Origin: a virus
Taxonomy: Duplodnaviria; Caudoviricetes
IMG/VR virus record: IMGVR_UViG_3300048599_000736
Coordinates: 1 to 38,348 of that record
Reading direction: 5' to 3' (one strand)
Length of the DNA stretch: 38,348 nucleotides
In this document: positions 25,144 to 36,009 of the stretch, piece after piece
How positions within the stretch are numbered: the first letter of the stretch is position 1
Layout of the letters: the number at the start of each line of letters is the position of its first letter
Made by a program: the position numbers and the translations under genes
The notes under the pieces: generated by a model
What the model saw: the letters and a program-made list of their open reading frames with translations, nothing else
What the model was told of the DNA's origin: nothing
Databases searched by the model: none

Positions 25144-25682
25144 CCTCGATCGGCCTGCGGCCGAAGCCGGGCCAAAGCCCGAAGGATGCCGCCAAGGCGC
25201 AAAGCGCGCGCCTGCGCAAGGCGATCACCTCGACCGCCTACAAGATCGCCGCGGAAGTGCAGCAGCGCGGGCGCGTCGATATCGCGCAGGCCGGCCGCTT
25301 CGGGCCGAATTGGATTTTCGGGCTGCGCGCCTTCAAGCAGCGCAAGGAGCCCGGCACGCGCCGCACCATCGTCACCGTCAAGCACAACATCCCCTTCGCT
25401 GAGATCTTCGAGGAAGGCGGCGTCGTCAAGGGCAGGCCGCTGTTGTGGATTCCGATCAGCACGGAAAGGGACGCTGTCGGCGTGCGGGCGCGCAAATTCA
25501 ATCTCCCGCTATTCCGGATCACGAGCAAGCGCGGCACGCCGCTGCTGATTACGGCAAAAGGCAAGCCGAAATATTTCGGCGTTCGCTCGGTCACCGAGCC
25601 GAAACTGTTCCACATTCGCCAGATCGCCGACGCCGAGGCCAAGCGCGCGGGCGATTATTTCCACTCCTACCTGGATGAATGA
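25140..25682 (+). CDS. Basic neck / tail-completion protein (DUF6441-like)
   Basis: Arg/Lys-rich; DIAQAGRFG...IFEEGGVVKGRPLLWIP; ATGA overlap at 25140. Confidence 0.6.
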   Translation: MTSIGLRPKPGQSPKDAAKAQSARLRKAITSTAYKIAAEVQQRGRVDIAQAGRFGPNWIFGLRAFKQRKEPGTRRTIVTVKHNIPFAEIFEEGGVVKGRPLLWIPISTERDAVGVRARKFNLPLFRITSKRGTPLLITAKGKPKYFGVRSVTEPKLFHIRQIADAEAKRAGDYFHSYLDE

Positions 25683-25688
25683 TCGGCG

Positions 25689-28532
25689 ATGTCCGACAAG
25701 ATCATCACCGAGATCGTCCTTGAGGGCGAGAAGGAAGCGATTGCCAGTATCCAGCGCGTCGGCAAGGCGGCCGATGCGACCTTCGCCGATCTTAAAGATG
25801 TCCAGCTCAACTTCGACTTCATCGAACCCCAGAAGGGGCTGAAATCGCTGACCGACGCGGGGCAGCGGTTCGCCTCGTCGATGAAGAACACCGGCAACAT
25901 CGTGACCAACGTGTTCGCCGGCATCAGCAGCGCCTTCCGCAATGCCGGGACCATCGGCGGCGGCGTGTTCTCGGAATTGACCCGTTCGCTGCAAGCCACG
26001 AGCCTGGTGGCCAAGACAGCCGGCGTGCAGATCCCCGCTATCGGAAAAACCGTTTCAGCGCTCGGCCGCACCGTCGATTCTTTCAGCAACGGCGCGCGGA
26101 CGGCCGCGCTCAATACGACGAGCTTCGGGCAATCGGTCGGTGCCGCTGGCCCACAGCTTAGCTCCGCATCGCAAGCCGCATTCAATCTGGGGCGCAATAT
26201 CGGCGACGTGGGCGTGACCGCCGTTCGCGTCGCGACCCAGATCGTCAAGCTGGTGACTGTCGTCTCGCTGCTGGGCACTGCCGTCATCGCGGCATTCGGC
26301 GCGCTGGCAAAATCGGCGTCGACCGCCATCAATGCGGTCGGCGAGGCCGCGCGCAATGCCAGCATGTCGGTCGATGCCTACGACAAGCTCATCATCGCGC
26401 TCAACGGCTTAGGGATTAGCAGCGAGGACGCGCAGGCGGCGATCACGGCGATGTCGTCGCAATTGGCGCGCTTCGGTATCCGCTACGGACCCGATTCGGC
26501 GGGCGTTGCCGATATGCTGTCCAACAATTTCGCGCGGCTGGCCGACCAGGTCGCGTTCAATATCGACCCGGTCAAGCAGCTACAGATCGCGCAAGCCGCG
26601 CTCGGCACCGAGCTGGGCAAGAAGCTGTTGCCGCAGCTGCGCATGGGCGGCGATTATTTCCGGCAGATGGCAGAGGATACACGTATCGCCGGCATCGCCT
26701 TCAACAAGCTGGATGATGCAAACGCAACCATGTTCATTGTCGCGTGGTCGCGTCTTTCCACCATCATCAGCCAATTGAAGAACAAGATCGGCGCGCAATT
26801 TACCGAGCCGTTCGCGCGTGCGATCAACATCGTCACCGACCTTGTCCTGCAAAATTCGCAGACGATTTTGCAATGGGCGTCCGATCTTGCCGCGGCCACC
26901 GGCCCGCTGCTCGTTGATCTGGCGCGGGCCTTTGCCGGCCTCGATAGCCAAGTCCAGAACAAAAATATTCTGGCGTTCCGGGACGCGGTTTTCGGCATCG
27001 GCAAGGCGATTGGCTTCGCGGTCAGCGCCGTTGTCGGCGGCTTCAAGCTGATGGTGGCCGCCATCAAGCCGGTGAGCGATGCGGTCAATAATCTGTTCGG
27101 CACCCAGATCACGGCCGGCGAGGTCGTCGCCTATGCGGCGATCCTGCAATTGATCGGCGCCTTCCGCCTGCTGTTCGCGGTCGCGACCGGCATCGGCGCT
27201 TTGGCGTCGCCCTGGACGCTGGTGGTGGTGGCGATCGGCGCGGTTCTCGTGGCGCTGGGCTATCTCGCCTACAAATATTGGCCGGAAATCAAGCAGGCAG
27301 TTGCCGACGCGACACAGTGGATGAAGGGCAAGTTCGGCGACGCCTGGGCCGTGGTGGCGGGCGCCGCCGCGACCGCCGCCGTTGCCGGCATCATCACTCT
27401 GATCGGGCTTATCCCCGGCGCGCTAGCCAGCGCCGTCGCCGGCATTGCGGCGTTTGGCAGCGCGGTCGCCGCCGCAATCGTTGCGGCGCCATGGGTCGCG
27501 CTCGGCGTCGCCATTGCCGGCGTCGCTGCCGCGCTCGGCGTGCTGGCCTACGAATATTGGCCCCAAATCAAGGCCGCGGCCGAAGCGACCTGGGCCGCGA
27601 TCAAGAATGGCGCCGCCACCTTGTGGACCGATATCCAGGCGGCATGGAATGCGGGCGTGAGCGCGCTCAACAGCCTGTGGCAGTTGCTCGTCTCTGGAGC
27701 GCAATCGGCCTGGTCACTGATCACGCAAGGCGCCGCGACCCTGTGGGCCAGCCTGCAAAGCGTCTGGTCGTCCGGCGTCACCGCCGTCTCGGCGCTGTGG
27801 TCCGGCCTCAACGTCGCTGCGCAAACCGCCTGGGACACGCTGGTGGCCGGCGCCAAGGGCGCGGCGTCCGCGATCAACGCGCTGTTCGCCAACATCATCG
27901 GCTACCTGTTCGGCAATCAGCTGGCGAGCGATCTGCAATCAGCCTTGCCGCTGTGGGACCAGATGGCCGCTGCTGCCGAATCCGCGATGGCGCGGGTCAA
28001 TGCCGCGGTCGCGAGCGCGACCGCCGCGGTGAACCAGTTGAGTGCTGCCCTGCAGCAAGCGGCGGCAACGGCCCGTGCCGCGCAATCGGCGATGCAGGAG
28101 GCTGCCGCCGGCGGTGGCGCGGCAGGCTATGCGCGCGGCGGCCCCATTCGCGGGCGCGGCACGTCAACATCGGATTCGGTTCTGCTGTGGGGTTCACGCG
28201 GCGAATTCATGCAGCCGGCGCACGCGGTGCGCCATTACGGCCTCGCCTTCATGGAGGCGGTGCGCACGCTGCGCTTGCCCATTCCGCGCCTTGCGACCGG
28301 CGGGCTTATCGACGGGCTGTCGAATGCCTTGATGAGCCCGCTCGCGCCGTCGCTGGCAATGCCCCAACCGGCGCCGATCGCAGCCGGCCCGACGCGTATT
28401 CTCAACCTGACCATCGGCAACGAGACGTTCGGCGGCTTGGCTGCCGATGAGGACACCATGGAGCGGCTGACGCGCTTTGCCGTGCGCCAGCAGTTGCGCT
28501 CGTCGGGGCGTAAGCCGGGCTGGAATCGCTGA
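25689..28532 (+). CDS. Tail tape measure protein
   Basis: 947 aa, Ala-rich, 11-residue Trp periodicity (ATWAAIKNGAATLWTDIQAAW...), hydrophobic segments, C-terminal YARGGPIRGRGTSTSDSV...GEF. Confidence 0.9.
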   Translation: MSDKIITEIVLEGEKEAIASIQRVGKAADATFADLKDVQLNFDFIEPQKGLKSLTDAGQRFASSMKNTGNIVTNVFAGISSAFRNAGTIGGGVFSELTRSLQATSLVAKTAGVQIPAIGKTVSALGRTVDSFSNGARTAALNTTSFGQSVGAAGPQLSSASQAAFNLGRNIGDVGVTAVRVATQIVKLVTVVSLLGTAVIAAFGALAKSASTAINAVGEAARNASMSVDAYDKLIIALNGLGISSEDAQAAITAMSSQLARFGIRYGPDSAGVADMLSNNFARLADQVAFNIDPVKQLQIAQAALGTELGKKLLPQLRMGGDYFRQMAEDTRIAGIAFNKLDDANATMFIVAWSRLSTIISQLKNKIGAQFTEPFARAINIVTDLVLQNSQTILQWASDLAAATGPLLVDLARAFAGLDSQVQNKNILAFRDAVFGIGKAIGFAVSAVVGGFKLMVAAIKPVSDAVNNLFGTQITAGEVVAYAAILQLIGAFRLLFAVATGIGALASPWTLVVVAIGAVLVALGYLAYKYWPEIKQAVADATQWMKGKFGDAWAVVAGAAATAAVAGIITLIGLIPGALASAVAGIAAFGSAVAAAIVAAPWVALGVAIAGVAAALGVLAYEYWPQIKAAAEATWAAIKNGAATLWTDIQAAWNAGVSALNSLWQLLVSGAQSAWSLITQGAATLWASLQSVWSSGVTAVSALWSGLNVAAQTAWDTLVAGAKGAASAINALFANIIGYLFGNQLASDLQSALPLWDQMAAAAESAMARVNAAVASATAAVNQLSAALQQAAATARAAQSAMQEAAAGGGAAGYARGGPIRGRGTSTSDSVLLWGSRGEFMQPAHAVRHYGLAFMEAVRTLRLPIPRLATGGLIDGLSNALMSPLAPSLAMPQPAPIAAGPTRILNLTIGNETFGGLAADEDTMERLTRFAVRQQLRSSGRKPGWNR

Positions 28533-28544
28533 AGGGGATCATAG

Positions 28545-28973
28545 ATGGCGGGCGAAACCGTGCTCTCGCTTCTGGGGCTCGGGGTGCCCGCCTATTCCGC
28601 GCGCGGCCTTACTCAAACCCTGGAGCCGCTCGACCAGGCCACCAGTCTGGCGCGCACCATCAATGGCGAGCTGATCGATCTGTCGCGCGCCGAATTCCGC
28701 AAATACAAGTCGACCATCAGCGGCACCGATCAGCGCCCGCCGTCCTGTGACGGGCTCTGGCCTGGGCGCCAGATCGTCGTCGACTGCGTCGAGGAGCTTG
28801 CCTATCCGGATGGCGGCACGCCGCAGCGGCCGGTGGTCGTAGGCTCGTCGTTTTCCGAAGAAGGTTTCACCTACTACCGGCCGCGGCTGACCATGGTGGT
28901 GACGGATTTCCAGCTGTCGCGCGATGAATACGGCGCGCAAGTCGGTTGGTCGATGAGTCTCGAAGAAAAATGA
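28545..28973 (+). CDS. Distal tail (Dit-like) protein
   Basis: Directly after the TMP; PAYSARGLTQTL...ARTINGELIDLS...WSMSLEE. Confidence 0.65.
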   Translation: MAGETVLSLLGLGVPAYSARGLTQTLEPLDQATSLARTINGELIDLSRAEFRKYKSTISGTDQRPPSCDGLWPGRQIVVDCVEELAYPDGGTPQRPVVVGSSFSEEGFTYYRPRLTMVVTDFQLSRDEYGAQVGWSMSLEEK

Positions 28974-30961
28974 ACGCCGATTTCACCGATCAAGCGAGCT
29001 TACGCGCACGCCTTCGCATCGGCAGCATCGGGCCATTCTACTTCGCATGGGCGGACAAGAATGAGGAGTTCGATCCGGCGGTGCATGCCCGTATCGACGA
29101 GGATGTTTTCAAGTTCGATGTCGATCACAGTGAGGGGGATTTCGCGACGCTGACTGCGATCGTGCGCAATCCGCGCATCGGCCTCTTGGCGCCCACGCGC
29201 CGCGTCTGGGTCTGGCTCGCCTGGCAGAATGGCTCCGACCTCGCGCCCCTGTTCTACGGCCGGCTGGTCGGCGTGCCGACCGACATCAACGAGGAACTGG
29301 TAACGCTTGTCTTCACCGCGCGCCCGGCCGATTTCGTCGCGCTGAAAGCGGCGAAGGCCGAAACGTTGAAGGTACGGCCCTATTACGATCCGATCTGGAT
29401 CAACCCCGATGCGCTCGATGATCCCGATACCGTCCTCGAAGCCCGCTCAGCTCTCTGGTCGATCGATCGCGTCACCCACGAGGTGGATATCTCCGACGTG
29501 CTGGTCGGCGAGGATGGCATCGAGGATTTTCAGCCGGACGAAGTGCCCTACGACTCGGTCAAGATCAATCTCGGCGAGACGCCGCTGCGCAGCGTCTCGG
29601 TCGACGCGACCATCAACTGGACGCAAAGCGCATCGGGCACACTGCCGTTCGGGTTGAACGTTGCGACCTACACCGGGCAGTCGCTGATCTCGGATTGGCC
29701 GAAGCCGGGCGCGACGCTGGGCGGCGGCTGGACGGTCACCGCCGCCTCGGCGCGCGACCTCAACGATGTCGAGAACGTCGATACGGTCAATTGCAGCGTC
29801 AACTGGCAAAACCAGGAGAAGAAGCACGCAACCGGCGACACCATGTCGGTCAGCATTTCGAGCTCGGTGCCGATCATGCGCGGCCCGTACCTTTATACCG
29901 ACCTGATGCGGAAATTTCAGACCGGTGTCATCGATGAAGGCGGGCCGGACAGCGATCCGGTCAATATCCCCGCGACGCAGGAGAGCACCGGGCTTTATGT
30001 GCCGCTCTGGCAAGTCCAGGCGAACATGACGCTCAAATACGACGCCAACCGGCCGCGCAAGGAGCACGCGCGCTTTACACTGACCACCAACGTGCAGGAC
30101 ATTGTGACGCTGGCCGAGGACGCCGATGTTCTGGCGATCAGTTTGGACTCGCAGGATGTCGGCGCCGCCGTCGCCGACGGCCCGCCGCCCATCGGCTATC
30201 TCGGGCGGCGCTCGTATCTACCCACCGATCGCGGGCTGTGGAGCCTAGAATATCTCATTGCGCTTGCGCGTGCGCATCTTCTGATCCGCTCGCGCTGCGT
30301 CGAGATCACCTTTGCCTGCACCTTTGAGCGCGCCATCACGCTCTCCTGCCGGAAGAACGCGCGGCTGTTCGACGACCGCCTGCCGGGCAGGGAGGCCCTC
30401 GGCAAGATCATCGACTACAAATTCGGCGTCGATGGCTCGAACGGCGTCGCCATCGGGTCCGTTACGATCGGCTGCGCCATCGGCTACGGTGGCGCGGTGC
30501 AGGAGCAGCCGGGCGATCCGTCCTATGCGGCGGAAGGCTATATGGCGCGCGGCTTTCAGGCATACCGCAATGTCGAGGTGGCGTTGCCGGCGAGCGATGT
30601 GAGCTATGCGCCGCCCATTGACGCGCCGAATGACGACGGGCTGGTCTTTCCGCTGTCGAAAAGCCAGGCGACGGTGCGCGAGCAGGTGCACGGCTCGGCG
30701 GACGCGCAGGGCGGCGCCATTCAGGCGTCGTTCCCCATCGATATCGAAGTCAACAACGCGCAGCCGCAGAACGTGAACGAGCAGAACCGCAACGCGGCGC
30801 TGCAATCGCAGACCACGACCGAAATCCTCAAAGGCAATGCCGTCTGGTACGACCTCGAATTAAAGCCCGTCGCCGGCATGTCATTCGAGACGGCCTACGA
30901 CATCGCCGTGTCCGAGTTGAAAGTGCCGAAGATGATCGATCTTGAGGCCGCATCGTCATGA
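28970..30961 (+). CDS. Tail tip / baseplate hub protein
   Basis: 663 aa, beta-rich, after Dit; ATGA overlaps at both ends. Confidence 0.6.
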   Translation: MNADFTDQASLRARLRIGSIGPFYFAWADKNEEFDPAVHARIDEDVFKFDVDHSEGDFATLTAIVRNPRIGLLAPTRRVWVWLAWQNGSDLAPLFYGRLVGVPTDINEELVTLVFTARPADFVALKAAKAETLKVRPYYDPIWINPDALDDPDTVLEARSALWSIDRVTHEVDISDVLVGEDGIEDFQPDEVPYDSVKINLGETPLRSVSVDATINWTQSASGTLPFGLNVATYTGQSLISDWPKPGATLGGGWTVTAASARDLNDVENVDTVNCSVNWQNQEKKHATGDTMSVSISSSVPIMRGPYLYTDLMRKFQTGVIDEGGPDSDPVNIPATQESTGLYVPLWQVQANMTLKYDANRPRKEHARFTLTTNVQDIVTLAEDADVLAISLDSQDVGAAVADGPPPIGYLGRRSYLPTDRGLWSLEYLIALARAHLLIRSRCVEITFACTFERAITLSCRKNARLFDDRLPGREALGKIIDYKFGVDGSNGVAIGSVTIGCAIGYGGAVQEQPGDPSYAAEGYMARGFQAYRNVEVALPASDVSYAPPIDAPNDDGLVFPLSKSQATVREQVHGSADAQGGAIQASFPIDIEVNNAQPQNVNEQNRNAALQSQTTTEILKGNAVWYDLELKPVAGMSFETAYDIAVSELKVPKMIDLEAASS

Positions 30962-31299
30962 CCAGCCTTGAGCGCATCGTGCGGCCGTTCCAGTCAAGGG
31001 ACGTGACGCCGCCGCAGCGGATTTTAAATCCCAGCGAGCCGCCGGTCGACAACGTTCTGATCCAGTGCGGACAGACCGGTTCGACCAAGACGTTCAATTC
31101 GAGCTTCAGCAGCACGATCACGTCCTACGTCGAGAGCAAGCATCGCGAACTCACCCGCGAAACCAGCATCAAGCGGATCACCAATCAGGATGATGATTTG
31201 CAATACGTCGATGTCGAATTGATCGACAAGCTCAAAACCTCCGGCGTCAACGGCCAGGAGACGACCTTCACCTACAAGAACAAGAGCAATGGCGCTTGA
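30958..31299 (+). CDS. Hypothetical tail protein
   Basis: 113 aa, coupled overlaps within the tail operon. Confidence 0.6.
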   Translation: MTSLERIVRPFQSRDVTPPQRILNPSEPPVDNVLIQCGQTGSTKTFNSSFSSTITSYVESKHRELTRETSIKRITNQDDDLQYVDVELIDKLKTSGVNGQETTFTYKNKSNGA

Positions 31300-32137
31300 T
31301 CCTCCATGGCGGCTCGACCCTCACCAAAGCATTGTCGAGGTCAGCTGGGGCGCCGCGAGGATTGCCGCACTGGTCTTGAGCGTCGATTATGCCGGCGGCG
31401 ATGCTTTCAGCGATACGCCGACATTGAGCGGCCTGCCGTTCGGCACCACGTTCAATCTGCTGGCTCAGATCGGCGCGCCGGGTGACACGCCGATCGTCAA
31501 TCCGTTTTCGTCCGCCATGCTGGCCCACGAATATATGTGGAGTCGCGCGCCGTGGTCCGATTCGCATTCGGAAAGCCAGACTTATGAGGCAACCGTCGTC
31601 GACGAGGCGATCTGGAATGGTTGGGCCTACGGCGGTGGCTCGCCGCTCGGCGGCGTGCGCGTCCCTTACCACGACGGCGTGCCCGACCAGGACGTGCTGC
31701 AACAGGCCATCGACGGCTGGGTCGAAGGCTACGGCATCCCCGCCGACCAGATCTATTGGATCATCTGGGAGGTCACCGCCTCGCACACTGAACTCCAGAC
31801 GATCAATCAGTTCTTTTATTCCGCGCATGCGATCGTCTTTTTCAATCTCGGCCGGATCAAAGAGCTGATCAGCCCGTCCCGCTCACTGATTTTTGAGATC
31901 GCGACGGCCGGCGCATCGAGCAGCACCTATTACCGATGGGCGCTTAGCCTCGGCACCTATAAGGGCTCGCGCGATTTCCCCTCGGACGCTCAATGCAATC
32001 CCGCCTGGGCCGGCATGCCGGTTGCTGCTGCCGGTACCGCAAGCCCGAACGTGCCTGAGACCGCGATGCCGGCCTGCACCAGCTCTTTCGCGATTGATCT
32101 CGACAGTCTTGAGGTCACCGCCGAACGCCTGCCTTGA
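31289..32137 (+). CDS. Hypothetical tail protein
   Basis: 282 aa, N-terminal PWRLDPHQSIVEVSW, in operon. Confidence 0.6.
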   Translation: MALDPPWRLDPHQSIVEVSWGAARIAALVLSVDYAGGDAFSDTPTLSGLPFGTTFNLLAQIGAPGDTPIVNPFSSAMLAHEYMWSRAPWSDSHSESQTYEATVVDEAIWNGWAYGGGSPLGGVRVPYHDGVPDQDVLQQAIDGWVEGYGIPADQIYWIIWEVTASHTELQTINQFFYSAHAIVFFNLGRIKELISPSRSLIFEIATAGASSSTYYRWALSLGTYKGSRDFPSDAQCNPAWAGMPVAAAGTASPNVPETAMPACTSSFAIDLDSLEVTAERLP

Positions 32138-32146
32138 GAAAAAGCA

Positions 32147-32917
32147 ATGGTCGCCCTGAAATATCGTACCGACGACAACGCCCAATGGGGCGCCGGCCTT
32201 GGTCGCGATCTCCAGCCTGGGGAAATCGACCAGAATTTCTATGACGTTGAACAGCGGCTGGAGGCGGTCGAGCAGAACCCGGTGCTGCCCAACGAGATCG
32301 AAGCGATCAGCGTTGACGGCAACCGGATGACGATCACCATGGCCGATCATACGGTGTTCGGCCCTTACGTGCTGCCGCAAGCCGCGTTCCGCTTTACCGG
32401 CGCATTTCAACCCAACCACGATTACCGGCTTTACGATTTTCTGGTCGCCAATGACGGCCTCTACCTTGTGCTGCACGATTTTACCTCGGGCGAGGCTTTC
32501 GTGTTCGGCGCGGACGCGCAAGGCCCGTTCTATCAATTCATCATGCCGTTCCCGAGCAACTACGACATCGCCTTCTTCTTCCCGGGTCCGCCCGGCTTGG
32601 GGCTCGTCGACGGCGCGGCGATGTTCGCCTTTCGCGCGTCGGCCCGCACGCCGTTCTATCTGCCGGCCGGCTTGGCTTCCTCCTCGGCAGGGCTTGCCGT
32701 CGCGCCGGCCGCCGCGCTGTCCTGCGCGCTCTACCAGGATGCCACGCAAATCGGCACGCTGGATTTCGCGGCCGGCAACACGGCCGGCACCTTCACGTTC
32801 GACCAGGCCGTCCAGTTCAACGCCGGCAACACGCTGCGCGTCATGCGCCCGGCGGTGCTCGATGACACTGCGTTCGATCTGAGCATTCTCATCGCCGCGG
32901 TGAAGGGAACGCTGTGA
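32147..32917 (+). CDS. Tail fibre / fibre adaptor protein
   Basis: N-terminal YRT..WGAGLGRDLQPGEIDQNF, an anchor-like motif of fibres; beta-rich C-terminus. Confidence 0.6.
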   Translation: MVALKYRTDDNAQWGAGLGRDLQPGEIDQNFYDVEQRLEAVEQNPVLPNEIEAISVDGNRMTITMADHTVFGPYVLPQAAFRFTGAFQPNHDYRLYDFLVANDGLYLVLHDFTSGEAFVFGADAQGPFYQFIMPFPSNYDIAFFFPGPPGLGLVDGAAMFAFRASARTPFYLPAGLASSSAGLAVAPAAALSCALYQDATQIGTLDFAAGNTAGTFTFDQAVQFNAGNTLRVMRPAVLDDTAFDLSILIAAVKGTL

Positions 32918-32918
32918 G

Positions 32919-35900
32919 ATGGCGACCCCGCTGGTAGCGGTCGCCTGGGGCGGCGCCGATAATCCACGCGGCGCCTGGTCGGCCGACGACGCGGCAAGCT
33001 GGACGACCGTCAATCTTCCGACTTTTGCTAACGGCAGTGGCGGAAGCTGGTCGGGCTTGGCCTATTCGCCCAAGCTCGCGATGTTCGTTGCCATCGCCAG
33101 CGGCGGCGACAACAACAACAATGCGGTCGCGCGTTCGACCGACAACGGCCATAGCTGGACCGGGACCGCCGTTCCAAATCAAAACAGCTGGACGATGAAC
33201 GGCATCTGCTGGGCCGGCGTCCTTGGGCTGTTCGTCATCGTCACGTCGGCCGGACCGACCACCAGCACGCGCGTCCTGACATCGCCGGATGGCGTCAATT
33301 GGACCGCGCGCACTTTGCCGGTGACCGGCGTCGCGCTGAATTCGGTCTGTTGGTCGTCCGATCTCGGCCTCTTGGTCGCCGTCGGCGACAACAACGCGGT
33401 CTTTACCTCGCCGGACGCGATCAATTGGAGCCAAGCCGCCGCGCCTGCCGCGAGCAAAAACTGGCGCTTCATCGTCTGGGCCGCCGGCGCCGTCCAGAAA
33501 TTCTGCATGATCGCTGGCAACGCCAGCGGCAACAACGACTACGCCTATTGCAGCGATCCGACATCGGCGGCCTGGTCGCAGAAAGCGCTGACCGGCTCGG
33601 CCTACGACTGGCAATCGTTGGCCTATTCGCCGGGCCTCGACATGCTGATGGTGGTCGGCGGCAACACCGGCGTCATTGCCCGCTCGACCGACGGCGTCAA
33701 TTACACGCAACTTGCGAGCGGCCTTGGCGGCACGCGCTTCGATCATGCCTGCTGGTCAGATAGCGGCCTCTGGCTCGTCATCGGCGCCAACACACTCTAC
33801 ACGTCGGCGAATGGCGTCGCCTGGGCGGCGGGCACGTCACCCTCGACGCTGAGCTGGCATCGCCTGGTGGCGGCGAATGCGCTGCCGCTCGCCGGCAATC
33901 TGCGGGTCAATTTCTCCGACAGTGCGGCGCTCGCACTCAATGCGCGCGTCCCCATCCCTCCTGGCGCACACTTCTGGTGGCGCGTCTATATCGAGGCCAA
34001 CAACGCCGATTCCTACACGTCGATCGGCGAGGTCTATATGCGCGCCTCGCCCGGCGGCGCCGACCTGTGCGTGGGCGGCACCGCGCTCGAAAGCGGCCAT
34101 AGCGGCTCCGATGTCGCGGCGAACGTCTTCAACCGCAGCGAGGGGAATCGCTGGGCGACGGTCGGTTCTTCCGGCGTCTGGGTCGGCTATCGTTTCCCGA
34201 TCCGGCAGCGAATCGTCGAATTCGCGCTCAAGGCCGATACCTCGTACCTCACGCAAGTTCCGAAGCGCTTCTGGCTCGAATGGTCGGACGACGGGGTCAA
34301 CTGGCGCACCGCGATCGGCGCGGTCAACGAAACCGGCTGGACCAATCTCCAAACGCGCACGTTCACCAAGCCGGCGCTGGTTGCCGGCGCGGCAGAAACT
34401 TGGGGCCTGCGCTGCCTCGACAAGATGTCGAGCGGCGCCTTCGGCAGCGCCGATTACGTCGAAATCCAGGAGCTTGAATTTCGCGATAGTAACGGCGTCG
34501 ATCTGACCGATGCCGGCAGCGGGACGGCCATCGAGTCCTCGCACAATTCGAGCTACGCGGCGGCCAACGCCTTCGACAACAATGCTAGCACGCGCTGGCA
34601 GGCCGGGGCGAACGGCAAGCAATATGTCGGCTACACCTTCCCGTCAGCGGTCGCCCCGGCCGTCCTTACCATGCGGGTGCAGAACACGTCCGAATACAAT
34701 CTGGCGCCGCTCAATTTCGATGTTCTGATTTCGCACGAGGCGCAAGTGTTCGGCGCGGTCCTGGCCGTGCCGACGCTGCCGGCCTGGACGCAAAATCTAC
34801 AACGCGCCTTCGATCTCGCCGGTGACGGCACGCCGCTCGGCCCCTCGATTGACGGCCAAGCCAACGCGAATTTTTCCGGTACCGCGACCGGGAACGTCGC
34901 GCTGACGACTACGCAGCCGGACGATATCGTCGTCGCGATCGTCCATACCGAGACGACCGGCAGCAATGGCTATCGCCCGGTTGGCAGCGTCACCGACACG
35001 GCCGGCTTGTCGTGGCAGCGGCGGGCGCAATACCAGTGGGCCGGCGGTCGCAATACCAATTCGAACACGCTGGAAATCTGGTGGGCGCATGCGCCGGCTG
35101 CGCTCACCGCCGATACGATCACCGCGCACATTTCCGGCGGCAATGTCGACGACGCGACGATTCTGGCTTTCGGCATTGCCGGTGCCGATGTCAACGAGCC
35201 CTTCGACACGAACGCGAGCCTGCCGGCGACCGCGACTGGTGGCGCATCGAGTGCGAGCACGCCGAGCCTTGCGGGCGTTGCAACCGATGCCGCCCGCGCG
35301 CTGATCCTCGCCGTCGCCGCTTCGCCGCGCACCGGCGGGACGAGCTCATCGTCTGCCGATTTCACGACGCTGGCGAATTTCACCAATAGCGGCGGCACTG
35401 ATTGGTCGTCGCAACAAAGCGAATACAAGCTCGCGACCGCCGCGCTCACTGACGCGACCGTCGCGTTCGGCACGTCCTTCACGATCCTGAATTGGGGCTT
35501 GATCGTCGATGCCATCAAGGCCCCGCCCGCCGGCATCCCGCCGCTCGAACTGACGGCGGCGTTGGCCGAGGATGGGGGCTTCGAGGCGGCGATCACCATC
35601 ATCTTAGCCCCGCTGGAATTGGCCGCCGCGTTCGCTGACGATGCGACGCTGGCGCCGATGATCGGCCTCTGGGCGCCGCTTCATCTCGCCGCCGCTTTCG
35701 GCGAGGACGCGGCATTCGTGGCAGCGATCACGGTTCTGCCGGCACCGCTCCATCTGGCCGCGGATCTCGCCGACGGTGCGGCGTTTGCCGCCTATCTGAC
35801 CGTCGGCGCGGCGGCCCTGCGGCTCGCGGCCAATCTCACCGACCAGGCGGCGCTCGCCGCGCGCGCGACGCTGTTCGCCGCGATAGCGCTCTCGGCCGCA

Positions 35901-35993
35901 TTCAACGACGACGCCGCGCTCGCGGCGCCAGTGACAATCGGGTTTCAGCCCCACGCACCGTCGATCCAGGTGGTCGTGGTGCTGAGTTGGTAA
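32919..35993 (+). CDS. Modular receptor-binding / fibre protein (Asp-box propeller, two discoidin F5/8-like domains, C-terminal repeats)
   Basis: Asp boxes SADDAASW, STDNGHSW, SPDGVNW, SPDAINW, STDGVNY. Two repeats of GTA(L/I)ES...AAN(V/A)F...RW...VGY.FP. Six ~22-aa C-terminal repeats. Confidence 0.75.
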   Translation: MATPLVAVAWGGADNPRGAWSADDAASWTTVNLPTFANGSGGSWSGLAYSPKLAMFVAIASGGDNNNNAVARSTDNGHSWTGTAVPNQNSWTMNGICWAGVLGLFVIVTSAGPTTSTRVLTSPDGVNWTARTLPVTGVALNSVCWSSDLGLLVAVGDNNAVFTSPDAINWSQAAAPAASKNWRFIVWAAGAVQKFCMIAGNASGNNDYAYCSDPTSAAWSQKALTGSAYDWQSLAYSPGLDMLMVVGGNTGVIARSTDGVNYTQLASGLGGTRFDHACWSDSGLWLVIGANTLYTSANGVAWAAGTSPSTLSWHRLVAANALPLAGNLRVNFSDSAALALNARVPIPPGAHFWWRVYIEANNADSYTSIGEVYMRASPGGADLCVGGTALESGHSGSDVAANVFNRSEGNRWATVGSSGVWVGYRFPIRQRIVEFALKADTSYLTQVPKRFWLEWSDDGVNWRTAIGAVNETGWTNLQTRTFTKPALVAGAAETWGLRCLDKMSSGAFGSADYVEIQELEFRDSNGVDLTDAGSGTAIESSHNSSYAAANAFDNNASTRWQAGANGKQYVGYTFPSAVAPAVLTMRVQNTSEYNLAPLNFDVLISHEAQVFGAVLAVPTLPAWTQNLQRAFDLAGDGTPLGPSIDGQANANFSGTATGNVALTTTQPDDIVVAIVHTETTGSNGYRPVGSVTDTAGLSWQRRAQYQWAGGRNTNSNTLEIWWAHAPAALTADTITAHISGGNVDDATILAFGIAGADVNEPFDTNASLPATATGGASSASTPSLAGVATDAARALILAVAASPRTGGTSSSSADFTTLANFTNSGGTDWSSQQSEYKLATAALTDATVAFGTSFTILNWGLIVDAIKAPPAGIPPLELTAALAEDGGFEAAITIILAPLELAAAFADDATLAPMIGLWAPLHLAAAFGEDAAFVAAITVLPAPLHLAADLADGAAFAAYLTVGAAALRLAANLTDQAALAARATLFAAIALSAAFNDDAALAAPVTIGFQPHAPSIQVVVVLSW

Positions 35994-36009
35994 CCAACGG
36001 AGAAAAATC

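Noticed and set aside
33960-34820. Duplicated segments in the fibre gene as DGR template/variable repeat
   Set aside because: Similarity is only at protein level (tandem discoidin domains); no reverse transcriptase and no adenine-specific near-identical repeat seen.
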